A stretch of 64,000 bases of DNA from Octopus sinensis (lineage: Eukaryota), in the NCBI RefSeq assembly GCF_006345805.1, contig NC_043012.1:53568001-53632000 (forward strand), given 5' to 3'. The notes below the pieces were generated by a model. It had not been told where the DNA came from. It worked only from the letters and a program-made list of their open reading frames with translations, and made no database searches. This document shows, in pieces, positions 1 through 12,619 of this stretch; positions within the stretch are counted from its first letter, which is position 1, and every line of letters starts with the position of its first letter. The position numbers and the translations under genes are program-made.

Positions 1-390
1 AGAAGCGGGAACCTAAGAAGATTGCTATACTTTACATTGAGACATACTACTACTCCCCCTTTGCAACATTCAGTTTCTCTACATCTCTTTTCTTTTATTC
101 ATCTTTGTTTTACTATAAGAGAACATCGGGGCTGCGTTTTCTTTTTTCACGCAATATTCCAGGTTGCATCTGTAATTGCCCATAAAATTTGGTAAAGATT
201 CATTCAGAAATGGCGACATTGTTGCAAAACAAAAAGCAACGCTTATATGTATGTGTATGTGTGCATAGGCGAACATGCACGAGTAAGCATACAGATGCAT
301 ATGCATGGTTATATTTGTGTGTACATGTGAGTGTGTATGTGTGTATATATATACACACACATACACACTCACATATAAATATATATATAT

Positions 391-493
<103 letters not shown>

Positions 494-705
494 TGTATAT
501 GTTCAGAATTTCTTACAATATACATGTGTGTATGCAAGTGTATATGTATATATGTATATATATAGATTAATCAGCCGAAATTGCGAAGATGATCTGGTTC
601 TTGACTGATGACTGAGGGCTTCGAATGTCCCGTCCTGTGTTCTTGTGTCGTCTCTTTGGTGTTTCATGTTCTTGTCCATGTCTGTATTTATTTTTTACTG
701 TTTAC

Positions 706-737
<32 letters not shown>

Positions 738-799
738 ATATAATATATATATATATATATATAGATATAGATATATACTTATATATATACATACATATA

Positions 800-831
<32 letters not shown>

Positions 832-1013
832 CAGGCATATATATATTATATATATATATTATATATATATATATATTTATATATTTACGCCAGCATACAC
901 ATTTGTACATGTATATTTGTATATACACTATGCATATATATTTGTGTCTGTATGTATGCATGCATGTATAGATATCACACACCCACGCATTCACATACAT
1001 AGAGATATATGTA

Positions 1014-1057
<44 letters not shown>

Positions 1058-1680
1058 TTTTAAGTCTGCACAAATAAATACGCAAATACCACACACATCC
1101 TTACACGCATAGTTCCCTCTGTGGATTTCATATCCTATATAAACTGTTAAAGGCTAATGGCCCATGTTAAAAACAAAATGGAGAGTGAAAGACAGAATAA
1201 GTGAAAAAGAGAAAGATGGAGGGGAAGAGTGAGGGAATAAGAGTTTGGGGGAGCGTTGAAATTTCTGTTCTGGCGAATAATTTGGGGCTTAAAAGAAGAG
1301 AAGAAAACACAAGCTTGTTTATTTGATTCAATGTTACATACACCATGGGGATTCTATCATCTTACTTACTGTACGAGAGAGCAAGAGTTAATTTTCTTTA
1401 AAAAGAAATAAATTATAAACAAACAGAATATAATAGTACTATCTAGAAAAAGGGTATTATTCCTTTGGGAATATTGATTTATTTTATTTTTCTAATATCT
1501 TGTTTCTTATACATTTAGGCGATCATGCTTTTTACATTCTGAAGGCTATGTTATTTTTACATGAGCAAACATGGAAATAAAAATATTAAGATTTTGAGGT
1601 TTACCTCGTAAAAGCACCTCCTTCGTTAATCCGATTGTTTGTTTATTCACGCACACGAATTAACATACACACACATGCAC

Positions 1681-1718
<38 letters not shown>

Positions 1719-1914
1719 TATAAACATATACACAGATACGATATTCATGTACATATACGTACAGAGACGCATATACATACATGCGTACATACATACGTAC
1801 GTACGTAAGTTCATACTTATTGAGGGGGTAAACAAATATACACACATACGCACATACACATACTTATTCTTCTCATTAGTATTACTATCATCATCGTCAT
1901 CATCATCATTATCA

Positions 1915-1994
<80 letters not shown>

Positions 1995-2040
1995 AGAGTG
2001 GTGTAAAAGAAAAGTTATTATTATTATTATTATTATTATA

Positions 2041-2105
<65 letters not shown>

Positions 2106-2478
2106 CATAAGAATGGGGTAAAAGAAAAGTTTCCATTTCATATTTCATAATAAGTATTCACATTTACTTATACCGTATACAACCACAGAGTTGCCATTTT
2201 ACCATTCTGCCATTACGTCGCCTTTACCCACAGTTTTGTTGTTATTGTTTATCTTTGTTTTCTTTTTTTTCCTGTCCAACTTTCAAGGCCATCGACTGTC
2301 TCTCACGTCTACAATTCTTACATAATAAACACGTGTTATATGGTTGTATATATGTTACGAGAAGAAAATTTAGAACACGTGTATTATATTGGTACCAAAT
2401 TTTGGCACAAGGCCAGCACGTTCGTAGGTAAGGGGTAAGTCGATTACATAGACACCAGTGATCAACTGGTATTATTTT

Positions 2479-2627
2479 CATTATTTACATTATTTACATT
2501 TAATGGATGTTTGTCCTCATCTTATTTGTTGTTAACACAACGTTTCGGCTGATATACTCCCTCCAGCCTTCTTCAGGCGTCTTGGCGAAATTTTGAACCT
2601 GGGTTCTCATTCCTAAGGTATTTTTTA

Positions 2628-2663
<36 letters not shown>

Positions 2664-2737
2664 CATTACAATTATTATCATTACAATTATTATTATTCAG
2701 ACACTGCCTGGAATCGAACTCGGAATCTTGGCTCTAG
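2479..2737 (-). mobile_element. SINE-like element with hammerhead motif, copy 1 (5'-truncated tRNA head)
   Basis: Minus strand: B-box-like GAGTTCGATTCC, then (AAT)n, a ~110-bp body shared with 2741-3008 and 55150-55310, and an AATGTAAAT-type tail. Confidence 0.7.
2534..2581 (-). ncRNA. Minimal type I hammerhead ribozyme motif
   Basis: GACGC-CUGAAGA-A-GGCUG...CAGCC-GAAA-CG-UU-GUGUU. Complete core, 5-bp stem II, stem I with G.U pairs, palindromic ACGU stem III. Confidence 0.65.
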
Positions 2738-2740
2738 ACT

Positions 2741-3008
2741 GTACATTACTTACATTGTTTAGATTTGACGGATATTTGTCCTCATCATTTTTTGTTGTTG
2801 ACACAACGCTTCGGCTAATATACCCTCCAGCCTTCGTCAGGTGTCTTGGGGAATTTTCGAACCTGGGTTCTCATTCCTAAGGTATTTTTCGATGTTATTA
2901 TCATCACCATTATTATTATTGTTGTTATTGTTCAGGTCACTTCTTGAAATAGAACTCAAAATCTTGGGGCTAGTAACCAGCGCTCTTAACCACTACGCCA
3001 TATGCCTG
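2741..3008 (-). mobile_element. tRNA-headed SINE-like element with hammerhead motif, copy 2
   Basis: Minus strand head GGCATATGGCGTAGTGGTTAAGAGCGC (A box) and GAGTTCTATTTC (decayed B box), followed by the same body as copy 1. Confidence 0.7.
2800..2845 (-). ncRNA. Hammerhead motif with core mutation (GAAG)
   Basis: GACAC-CUGACGA-A-GGCUG...UAGCC-GAAG-CG-UU-GUGUC. Perfect 5-bp stem I, but A15.1 is replaced by G. Confidence 0.5.
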
Positions 3009-3637
3009 CGGGTATATGGTATTATTTTATCGCACTCAAAAAGATGAAAAGCGAATTTGAACGACCACGGTGGAATTTGAACTCCGAGAATAAAAACTGG
3101 CGAAATGCCCCTAAACGTTTTATCTGTCGTGCTAACCAGTCTGCAAGCGCCCCGCCTTAGACGTGCATTATATAAAAGATGGTTAAGACGACGATGTGGT
3201 AGGATTGTTAGGACGTTGCATAAAATACTTAACGGCATTTCTTCCAAATAACTACGTTCACATTTCATATCCCGACGAGGTCAACTTTGCCATGATCACT
3301 TCCAGGGTCGAAAACGTGGAGGGACTCAAGTCTTTGCTTAATTCTGCCTTATAACCGAAAGGCCTTCTATATATACACGTGTGTGTGTTTCTACACATAC
3401 ATATATCTAAATACATACATATGTACATATATATACATATGTATATATATATATATATAATTAAAAACATATATATATTTATTTATTTATTTATAATTAT
3501 ATATATATGCGTGTGTGTGTGTGCGTGTATGTGTGTGTATACACACATACATATATAGCTATGTTTATTTACATATATATGTACATTTATATACATATGT
3601 AAACACATTCATATGTATATGTACTACGTAGATTTAT

Positions 3638-4070
3638 ACGACGGGCTTCCACACAGTTTCTTCCTAACAAATGAACTGACAAGGTATAGGTCGGCCAGAA
3701 CTATGACAGAAGGTACCTGCCCGCGTTGCAGCGCTCTGGGACTGAACCTGAAAACAAATGTTAGCAAAGCGAGCATCTGAACTATACAGCCATGCCTGCG
3801 TCTATGTCTCAGAGACTTCATGCATTTTCTGGATTTCATTCTTTTATTCGTTTACTTGTTTCAGTCATTGGACTGCGGCCATGCTGGAGCAGCATCTTAC
3901 GGAATCTTAACCGACCAAATCGGACCACAGGACTTATTCTTTGTAAGCCTAGAACTTATTATATCGGTGTCTTTTGCTGAGCCGCTAGTTTACAAGGCCG
4001 TAAACACATCACCATCGGTTGTCAAGTGATGGCGAGCGGGGAGGAATAAACACAGACACAAATACATAAA
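3638..4070 (-). mobile_element. Decayed tRNA-derived SINE (family A) plus tail module
   Basis: Reverse-strand similarity to the copies at 5746-6133, 42320-42745 and 51362-51868. Confidence 0.6.
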
Positions 4071-4119
4071 TATAAACATCTATCTATCTATCTATCTATC
4101 ACTCTCTCTATCTATCTAT

Positions 4120-4200
<81 letters not shown>

Positions 4201-4481
4201 ATATACGCACATATGTATGTATATATATATATATATTATTGTATTTCGGGATGGTCAAAAAAACATACGCATTATTTTTTTCGTTCTTCACTCGTTTATT
4301 ACTATTCTTATTCTAACTCATGGACATAAGTTGAAATAAGAACAGTAAGAAACGAGCGAAGAAAGAATATATAGTGCGTGTGTTTATTTGGCAAAAAAGA
4401 ATGACCGTCCCGAAATACAACAATATCTGTTTCAGCACAAGGTTTCACATCGAGAATCTCGCAAAAGAAGTTCATAAACTT

Positions 4482-4527
<46 letters not shown>

Positions 4528-4609
4528 TGTGTGTGCGTGATTTAAATAAAATGAGACAACAAAGCCAAGGCTGTATGTAATTTATAGGACGTTTATGAAG
4601 TGAAAGGTA

Positions 4610-4657
4610 GTCTTACAGTTGTTTCTGGGATATTAGGGATATTCCTTCATCAGAGAC
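4610..4657 (-). ncRNA. Minimal type I hammerhead motif (second family)
   Basis: GUCU-CUGAUGA-A-GGAAUAU...AUAUCCC-A-GAAA-CAACUG-UA-AGAC. Perfect 4-bp stem I, GUA triplet, stem II with one mismatch. Confidence 0.55.
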
Positions 4658-4794
4658 GATATGAGAGAGCTAGCTAGAGGGAAATAGTAGAGTTCAATAT
4701 AAGGAGTTATGTTGGAAAGGATGGGTATAGGAAGTATAAAAGGAAATAAGGGAATAAAAATAAAAATAAAAATATGAAATCCTATCGGAATCTA

Positions 4795-5360
4795 TTGGGT
4801 TGTTCGAAAAGTTCCTGCCGATTCATAGTAGCTTAACTTTCGACTTATTTCAGAACATGTTTGAATCCATAAAATAGGATTTGACTACATCTCCATTTAG
4901 AGCACAGTTTAAGCTATATTTTCGTGGAGGAAGGTTTATGTTCCTATAACCTGTGTTAATTCTGTAACCCTTTAAAATGGAAGATAAGAAAGTTCATTTT
5001 CGGCACTTTATGCTTTAGGAACCAGGCAAAAATTCCTGCAGCTTGGCTGGGATGTGTTACCCCACCCTCCATATTCACCAGATATTGCTCCTTCGGATTT
5101 CCACTCATTCAGGTCTCTGCAGAATAGTCTTAATGGTAAAAATTCTAATTCCTTGGATGACGTAAAAAGACACCTTGATGAATTCTTTGCTATGAAACCA
5201 CCTCAATTCTGGGAAGAGGCTATTTTCAAGGTAAAGGAAAGAAGGAGACGCATTGTGCAACAAAATGGTTCATATTTGGTTGATTAATAATGCAATGACA
5301 AGTATTTATTGACCTTTTTCTTGTCTTTAAAGATCGGCACGAACTTTCAGGACAACCCAA
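4795..5360 (+). mobile_element. Internally deleted mariner transposon
   Basis: 28-bp TIRs (ttgggttgttcgaaaagttcctgccgat; 4 mismatches) with TA on both sides. ORF 5054-5287 has the mariner C-terminal motif PHPPYSPDIAPSDFH. Confidence 0.9.
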
Positions 5361-5745
5361 TACATATGGGCAAGAATTATTTCTACCCATTCTAAACAGC
5401 ACTTTCCTTTGATAATGGAATTGCAACTGTAACATCCTACATACATTCGGTTGGGATGCAAGCGTCTTACCATACAGCCATGCCTGCGCCTATTCATTTA
5501 TATATTCCTGTCTTTATGTATTTATTTGAAATGTTATTGATACTAAAGTTACAAATTAGAGCCAAGGGAATAGAAATATTAATGTTCCCGAAATATGAGA
5601 ATCTGTATGCTTTTTATCTGGTTGTATTCCTAGTGGGATTCCACTTTGGATACATCTATGGTTAGAACACACAGACACAGGAATAAATCCATGCGAGCAC
5701 ACACACGCAAATAGAAATCAAACACAAGCATCAAACATATGTGCA

Positions 5746-6133
5746 GATGTGGCTGTGTGGTAAGTAGCTTGCTTACCAGCCACATGGTTCCGGGTTCAGT
5801 CCCATTGCGCGTCTCCTCGGGCAATTGTCTTCTACCATAGCCACGGGCCGACCAAAGCCTTGTGAGTGGATTTGGTAGACGGAAACTGAAAGAAGCCCAT
5901 CGTATATATGAATATATGTATGTGCGTGTATATGTTTGTTTGTCTGTATTTGTTCCCCCAATATCGCTTGACAACCGGTGCTAGTGTGTTTACGTCCCTG
6001 TAACTTAGCGGTTCGGCAAAAGTGACCGATGGAATAAGTACTAGGCTTACTAAGAATAAGTACTGGGGTCGATTTGCACGACGAAAGGGGGTGCTCCAGC
6101 ATGGCCGCAGTCAAATGTCTGAAACAAATAAAA
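5746..6133 (+). mobile_element. tRNA-derived SINE family A with tail module
   Basis: Head GTGGTAAGTAGCTTGC...GGGTTCAGTCCC, CORE-like GGGCAA(G)TGTCTTC segment, microsatellite, then tail GTAACTTAGCGGTTCGGCAAAA...GGTGCTCCAGCATGGCCGCAGTC. More than 10 related copies in the window. Confidence 0.8.
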
Positions 6134-6556
6134 GAATGCACATATATGTGCATATGTATGCATAGATATTCATATGTGCGCGCAAGTGTGTCTGTTTATA
6201 ACTGTATGTGAGTGTGCTTGTGAGTGTATGTGTGTAAGGTGATGTATTCTGAGGAGGAAGCGGCATTGACTTTATAAATCGTTGCTCGGAGAGTCATGGT
6301 TTCAATCTTACGATCAAAAACAGAAACGCTAAACTATAAATAACGATGCAATAGTTTGTCGAATTTTAAACTTCCAATACATTAAGCCAAAGGCGCAAGC
6401 AGGGCTGTGAAGTAAGTAGCTTACCTCCTAACCACATAGTTCCGGGATCAATCCCACTGGCGGGCATCTTGGGCAAGTGTCTTGTACTATAGCCTCGGAC
6501 TGACCAAAGCCTTGTAAGTGGATCTGATAGACGGAAATTGAAAGAAGCCCGTCATA

Positions 6557-6615
<59 letters not shown>

Positions 6616-6886
6616 GGTAAAATCAATTAATTAATTAATAATTAATAATTTTACCAAGTAGTTCGGCATGTTATCGGTAGACTTAAACAAAATTTTTTAT
6701 AATTATGAATCTAATTATAATTAGGGTTCAGCAAAAATATTGCTTCGCCACATATCGAAACTTAGAGATTTTCTTATGGTAGAGGAATAGCTAGTTTTGG
6801 TTGCTATTTCTAAATTTGGTGAAGCACTATTTTGCTGAACTCTAATTGTAATTATGCTAATAATTATAAACATTATATATATATAT

Positions 6887-7044
6887 ATGTAATAAAAATG
6901 GTAAATAATTTTCCTGTGGTTTTTCATGTAACCAACAATTATTTACCGGTAATTCGGTTCGTATTTACATACCGAAATTTACCGGTAAATAATTGTTGGT
7001 TACATGAAAAACCACAGGAAAATTATTTACAATTTTTATTACAT
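6887..7044. repeat. Near-perfect foldback palindrome (~72-bp arms)
   Basis: atgtaataaaaatggtaaataattttcctgtgg...ccggtaattcggt, a 12-nt loop, then the reverse complement with 1 mismatch and a 2-nt indel. Confidence 0.9.
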
Positions 7045-7220
7045 TACCATGTGGATTCCTCATTCCATTACGATTACCCAGAAGGCGCGCATGGCAGAAT
7101 TTTGGAGGGAAAATTACGTTCCAGTCGTTACTTAGTTTTAACATCTGCGCACTTCCCCCCACTATCTGATGTCGCTGGGTCAGAAGTGAGGGCTAGTGGC
7201 ATTTGGTAAAGCTATCGAAT

Positions 7221-7288
7221 ATAGCGCTGATGACGGAATTCAAACTACTTTTTCTATGTTTGTGATCCAGAAACACGGTGTTCGCTAT
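7221..7288 (+). ncRNA. Type I hammerhead motif (third family)
   Basis: AUAGCG-CUGAUGA-C-GGA...UCC-A-GAAA-CAC-G-GUG-UU-CGCUAU. Perfect 6-bp stem I, 4-bp stem III closed by one nucleotide, extendable stem II hairpin. Confidence 0.65.
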
Positions 7289-7644
7289 TAACGGTAAGTG
7301 ATTGCTTTCGTATATTTGCCACTCCGGTTTTGTGTATGTGAGCCGTAAGGGCCTCGTTTTTGGAATCTCACTTATAGAAAATGGAAAAAACGGTCTTTGA
7401 CTGCCATTTCTAATTCCTTCGGTATGAGGCGAAACAGCCTGCTGCTAGCCACCTTTTTCCTTACTATATATATATATATATATATGTATATGCTTATATA
7501 TATATAATTATATATGTATATTATATATATAATTATATATAGTATATATATATATATATATGAGTTGTGTACAGAAATTCGGGGTGAGTACTTGATAATT
7601 GTAAGCACCTGTATATACCGTTTGGTGGTGGGTAGGTGGTGGAG

Positions 7645-8062
7645 TAAATTAATCAAAATAAAAACATGATGCCAAGGATTCAGCGGTACATATGTTTCGG
7701 GCTTTTATTAGACGGATTTATAACAATGCATAATGTGCGTCTGTGGCCTTCTTCAGCCGCGCACAACTACTTCTTCAAGGAAATGTATTACATCAAAAAT
7801 TCTTGGTTGGGGATGCAAATCCTCTCATTCGCGTAGAATCTACATTGAGAAAAGAACGAGATGGACGCTTCATTTTTATGCTGTTGCCGCATTACGTCGT
7901 ACGCGAATTTTTGATGTAATACATGTCCTTGAAGAAGTAGTTGTGCGCGGCTGAAGAAGGCCACAGACGCACATTATGCATTGTTATAAATCCGTCTAAT
8001 AAAGGCCCGAAACATATGTACCGCTGAATCCTTGGCATCATGTTTTTATTTTGATTAATTTA
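7645..8062. repeat. 158-bp inverted repeat pair with 102-bp spacer, each arm carrying a hammerhead motif
   Basis: Arms 7645-7802 and 7905-8062 differ at 2 positions that I could see. Motifs at 7683-7760 (-) and 7947-8024 (+). Confidence 0.9.
7947..8024 (+). ncRNA. Type I hammerhead motif (fourth family; mirror copy 7683-7760 on -)
   Basis: GCGG-CUGAAGA-A-GGCC...GGCC-C-GAAA-CAUAUG-UA-CCGC. Perfect stem I, palindromic ACAUAUGU stem III, GUA triplet, internal AGACG/CGUCU hairpin. Confidence 0.6.
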
Positions 8063-8091
8063 TATATATATATGTATATATATATATTATA

Positions 8092-8134
<43 letters not shown>

Positions 8135-8437
8135 TATAGCAATAATAATTCTCTAAAAGAGATATAGACAGTAACTGTTCGATAACAAAAGGGACTAAAG
8201 CCATCTGAATATGGCTAGGGACATGGCAGGGTGGTGGGGGTGTTACTGTTGCATTTAGCCCCAGGCGAACATCGACGTCGCCAGATAGGCTTGACACCAT
8301 CACGGTGTCCTTTAACCTGCAAAGGGAGATAATTCCCCGATGAAGCGGAAACCACACACGGACCATGGTTTCAAGGTGTATTGCCTATCGTCAACGTGTG
8401 GTAGGCCTCCGCTTCCTCGACGAAATCTCACTCTGCA

Positions 8438-8499
<62 letters not shown>

Positions 8500-9994
8500 A
8501 AATACATATATATGTATGTATGTACGTATGTCTATGTCTTTGTATCTGTGTTTGTCCCCCCGCTCCGCTTGATAGCCGGTGATGGAGTGTTTACATCCCT
8601 GTAACTTAGCGATTCGGGAAAAGAGACTTATAGAATAAGTACCGGGGTCGATACAGTCGACAATAAACTCTTCAGGTGGTACTCCAGTACCGCTGCTGTC
8701 TAATGACTGAAACAAGTAAAGGCGAAAAGAAAAAATATGTGCGTGCATGCGCACATGTGTATGTGTGTGTATGTGTATGTGTGTGTAATCATTTACAGGG
8801 TCAATAAAATCACACAGCGTCAAAGAAATCCGAACGTGCGACCGTTTCTATATTTGATGTTAATTGTGTTTCATTTTAAATTTCGCTTGGGGCTTATATA
8901 CGTCAAATTTCCACTTTCATGATCTCGTCTACTTATTTCACAAGATATAATTCTTCCCCTGGCAATATTGCAAATATCCTCTCTTGAAATAGTTAGGTGT
9001 AATTTAAAGCATATATCAGTGTGCGTATGGAATATATACACACGTAGATATATATGTTTGTGAATGTGTGTGTGTGTGTTTCTGCGTATATGAGTGTGTG
9101 TGTGTGTGTGTGTGTATGTATATGTATGTATATATGAATTTACATATGTGTATATGCATATGTATATATTTATGTATGTGTGTATGTATTTATTTATTTA
9201 AGGTTGGCATCATGAACCTCCCTAGACAATATAAAATATTTTAAAGTAATTTTAAGAACCACAGAGCTGGGAAACTCAATGCTTAAAATAGAGGGAAATT
9301 TATAAAACTTGTTTTGACTAAATCTTCTTTCTGTTGTTATGTCTGGAGGACAATGGGGAGCTTTTTCTTTTTTAACAGAACCGAATGATTCGCTAATGAA
9401 CTACATTTGTATTTAAATTTCTTAGTAAAAGTCGATTTGTATTTTTTTTGTTTTTGCTTTTGTTTCCAGTAAAAACAAAAACAATATCTTGTCTATGAGT
9501 TGAAATACCATATAAACAAAATTAAATGTAGATAAATGATGGCGAGCAGGTGCAGTGAAACAAAACAACGGATGGCAAAAAATAATCCAGACGTTAGAAA
9601 ATAAAATGGAGACGTTCGAAGTGAGAAAAATCAAGGTGTGATCAAGTAATAGACATACCAATATACGTTTCTGAGTTAGTCAAAGTAAAAGAGAAAACTA
9701 TAGAAGATGTATTTATATATTGAATAAGGGATAATGTTTGAGTTTTAGATATACTGCTTGTACACAGTAATGCTACGTGGTCGCCTGTTTCCTTGTGAAT
9801 GTGTGTATGATAGTCCGTTGTTTGTATATATAAGTTACTTGAAGAAAGAACTTGGAATGTAAACAGCGTAAATTAAAAGCTTAATCGAATGAAGTTTTCA
9901 GTTTCAAGTGTTCTCGAAATGAATCAGTTTAAAGTTGTGTATAATGTAATGTATGTGATGCAATCCATTTAGAAACGTATGCTTAGTGAATTTA

Positions 9995-10670
9995 AATACT
10001 AATATACTTTAAATAAATATACTTGTATGTGTATGCTAGACGTAAATGCATTACATTATTTATTTATGTGAAAATTTTAGAAGCTGCAATATCATAAAAG
10101 AATTATTTAGATATTGATACAATAGTAAGTTCCTACCTATCATCTGCGTTATGCTAAGGGATGTAACTCAAATAAGAGGATTACTGGAAGCGGTGGCTAC
10201 CGTAAGAGAATATTTATCTGGTGGTTGCGCCAGATGTTGTTTGTTGTTGGTAGTCATGTTAATAATAACAACAGCAACGACATCGTTCTACAAATATTAC
10301 TTCTGCTAAGGTGCTGGTTTAATAATTATTTTCAATACTAATATACTTTATATAAATATACTTGTATGTGTATGCTAGGCATAAATGCATTACATTATTT
10401 ATTTATCTGAAAATTTTAGAAGCTGCAATATCATAAAAGAATTATTTAAATATTGATACAATAGTAAGTTCCTACCTATCATTTGCGTTATGCTAAGGGA
10501 TGTAACTCAAATAAGAGGATTACTGGAAGCGGTGGCTACCGTAAGAGAATATTTATCTGGTGGTTGCGTCAGATGTTGTTTGTTGTTGGTAGTCATGGTA
10601 ATAATAGCAACTGCAACGACATCGTTCTACAAAAATTACTTCTGCTAAGGTGCTGGTTTAATATTTATTT
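9995..10670. repeat. Tandem duplication, 339-bp period, 2 copies
   Basis: aatactaatatacttta starts at 9995 and 10334. The copies are colinear with scattered substitutions. Confidence 0.95.
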
Positions 10671-12206
10671 ATAATAGCTTTTGAATTTCACTTCATAAAA
10701 ATAAGTTGTATAGCATTGTATAGCATCAATTCATACTTAGACAAACCTCCACTATCCACTCAGGTAACTAAAAATTTACCAACAACAACAACATCACGAC
10801 AACAGGGTGTATTTCACTTCTCACTGGTATCAGTGGTATTACAGTTCTCGTACGTATATTGCTACGTGCATTTGTGCAGGGGCATACCTGTACACGCATG
10901 TATCACAATTTTTCTATCATCTCTGCCACACACTCTCTTTCTCTCAATCTCTTTCTCTCTCTTTCTCTCTCTCTATATATATGTATGTATATATTTATGT
11001 ATATATATACATATACACATACATACATACCTATATATATTTCTGTCCTCTACACAGTTACTAGTTTACACATATATATAATATATATATATATATTATA
11101 TATATATATATATATTATGTGTGTGTGTGTGTGTGTGTCTGTGTGTCTATATCTGCGTGTCAGTGTGTGTGCGAACTGAAATGCAAAACAAGCGCATAAA
11201 AGCAAACAGAAAGTAAATATACAAGTATATGTATGTCTACAAAAACTTCGACAGAAATATACCCGAGCAATTTTATTTATTTGATCACTCGTTGACATCT
11301 ATACCCTACTAATTTGATTTCATTTTGTGCATTTATCTTTCTTTCTTTTTTTCCTCTTCTTTTGGGTCTTACACCGAATCGCGATCTCTTATGCTAAATT
11401 TTACGTATCTGACATTTAAGCCTATTGCTTCCAACGAAATAATCCGTTTCGTTAGAATTTTATCTACAACCATAGTAAACCGTGTCAGTATTCATTTCTC
11501 TTAATAAAGATTTCCATTTTTCCCTGTAAAAATAAAGATTTCCATCTTTCCCTATCAGAAAAGAAATATTCTTTCACTGATTACATTGCATTTTCCCTAT
11601 GAAATGGATTATATAAATAATGTGTGTGTTTGTATCGGTATGCAATTTCTGTACGTCTGTACCTACACACACACACATATATATATATGCGTGCCTCCTT
11701 TTTTGTTGAAAATGAAGAACGACACTATATAGATATTTTGGATATACACTTCACATGAGGGTTTCTTTTTCTTTCATTTCTCCCCTTCATTCTTCCTATG
11801 CACTCCTCGTCTATCTCTTCCTTACCAATTCTACATTCTTTTGTCCACCACCTCTCCTTCGTTGATGATCTACTACCCCAGCCATTAACTCACAACATCT
11901 GTTCTTATTCACTTATCAAAGTTAACATCTAAAACATTTAAGTGGGAAATCCAAGATATTATATCCAAGAGAAATAACATTGACATATACAGAAACGTGG
12001 ATAGATATATTCTCCAAATATGTGCATTTCATAATATATCTTAACTTATGGAGATATGGGATCAGAATGGGTGCTTATCATGAAAACCTTTAAATGTCCA
12101 CTATTCTTATTCGTCTTATTTTGTAAGAAAATCTATATCTCAACAATTATCTTTATATCTATATCTATATGTGTGTGTATTATATATATATATATATATA
12201 AATACG

Positions 12207-12265
<59 letters not shown>

Positions 12266-12267
12266 AT

Positions 12268-12301
<34 letters not shown>

Positions 12302-12576
12302 CATATACATATATATATATTTACGTACATATATTATATATATATATATATATTTATATTTACGTACATATATATATATGTATATGTATATATATTTATA
12401 TTTACGTATATATATATATATATTGATATATTATATATGTGTGTGTGTGTGCGTGTGTGTGTGTGTGTATGTATTTATATGTCCTCATAAATACATGTGT
12501 GTATGTGTTTGAATGTAACTCACAACTTGAGTTATTCATCATGATTTAGTCTTATTTCCACTGTCTTTCTCTTTCA

Positions 12577-12619
<43 letters not shown>

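Noticed and set aside
605-650. CUGAUGA in a repeat also present at 30836
   Set aside because: Followed by GAAU rather than GAAA, with no convincing stem I or II in either copy.
7271-7293. 23-nt microexon-like segment (NTVFAIN)
   Set aside because: It lies within a well-formed hammerhead motif and has no linked exons, so it was not called as CDS.
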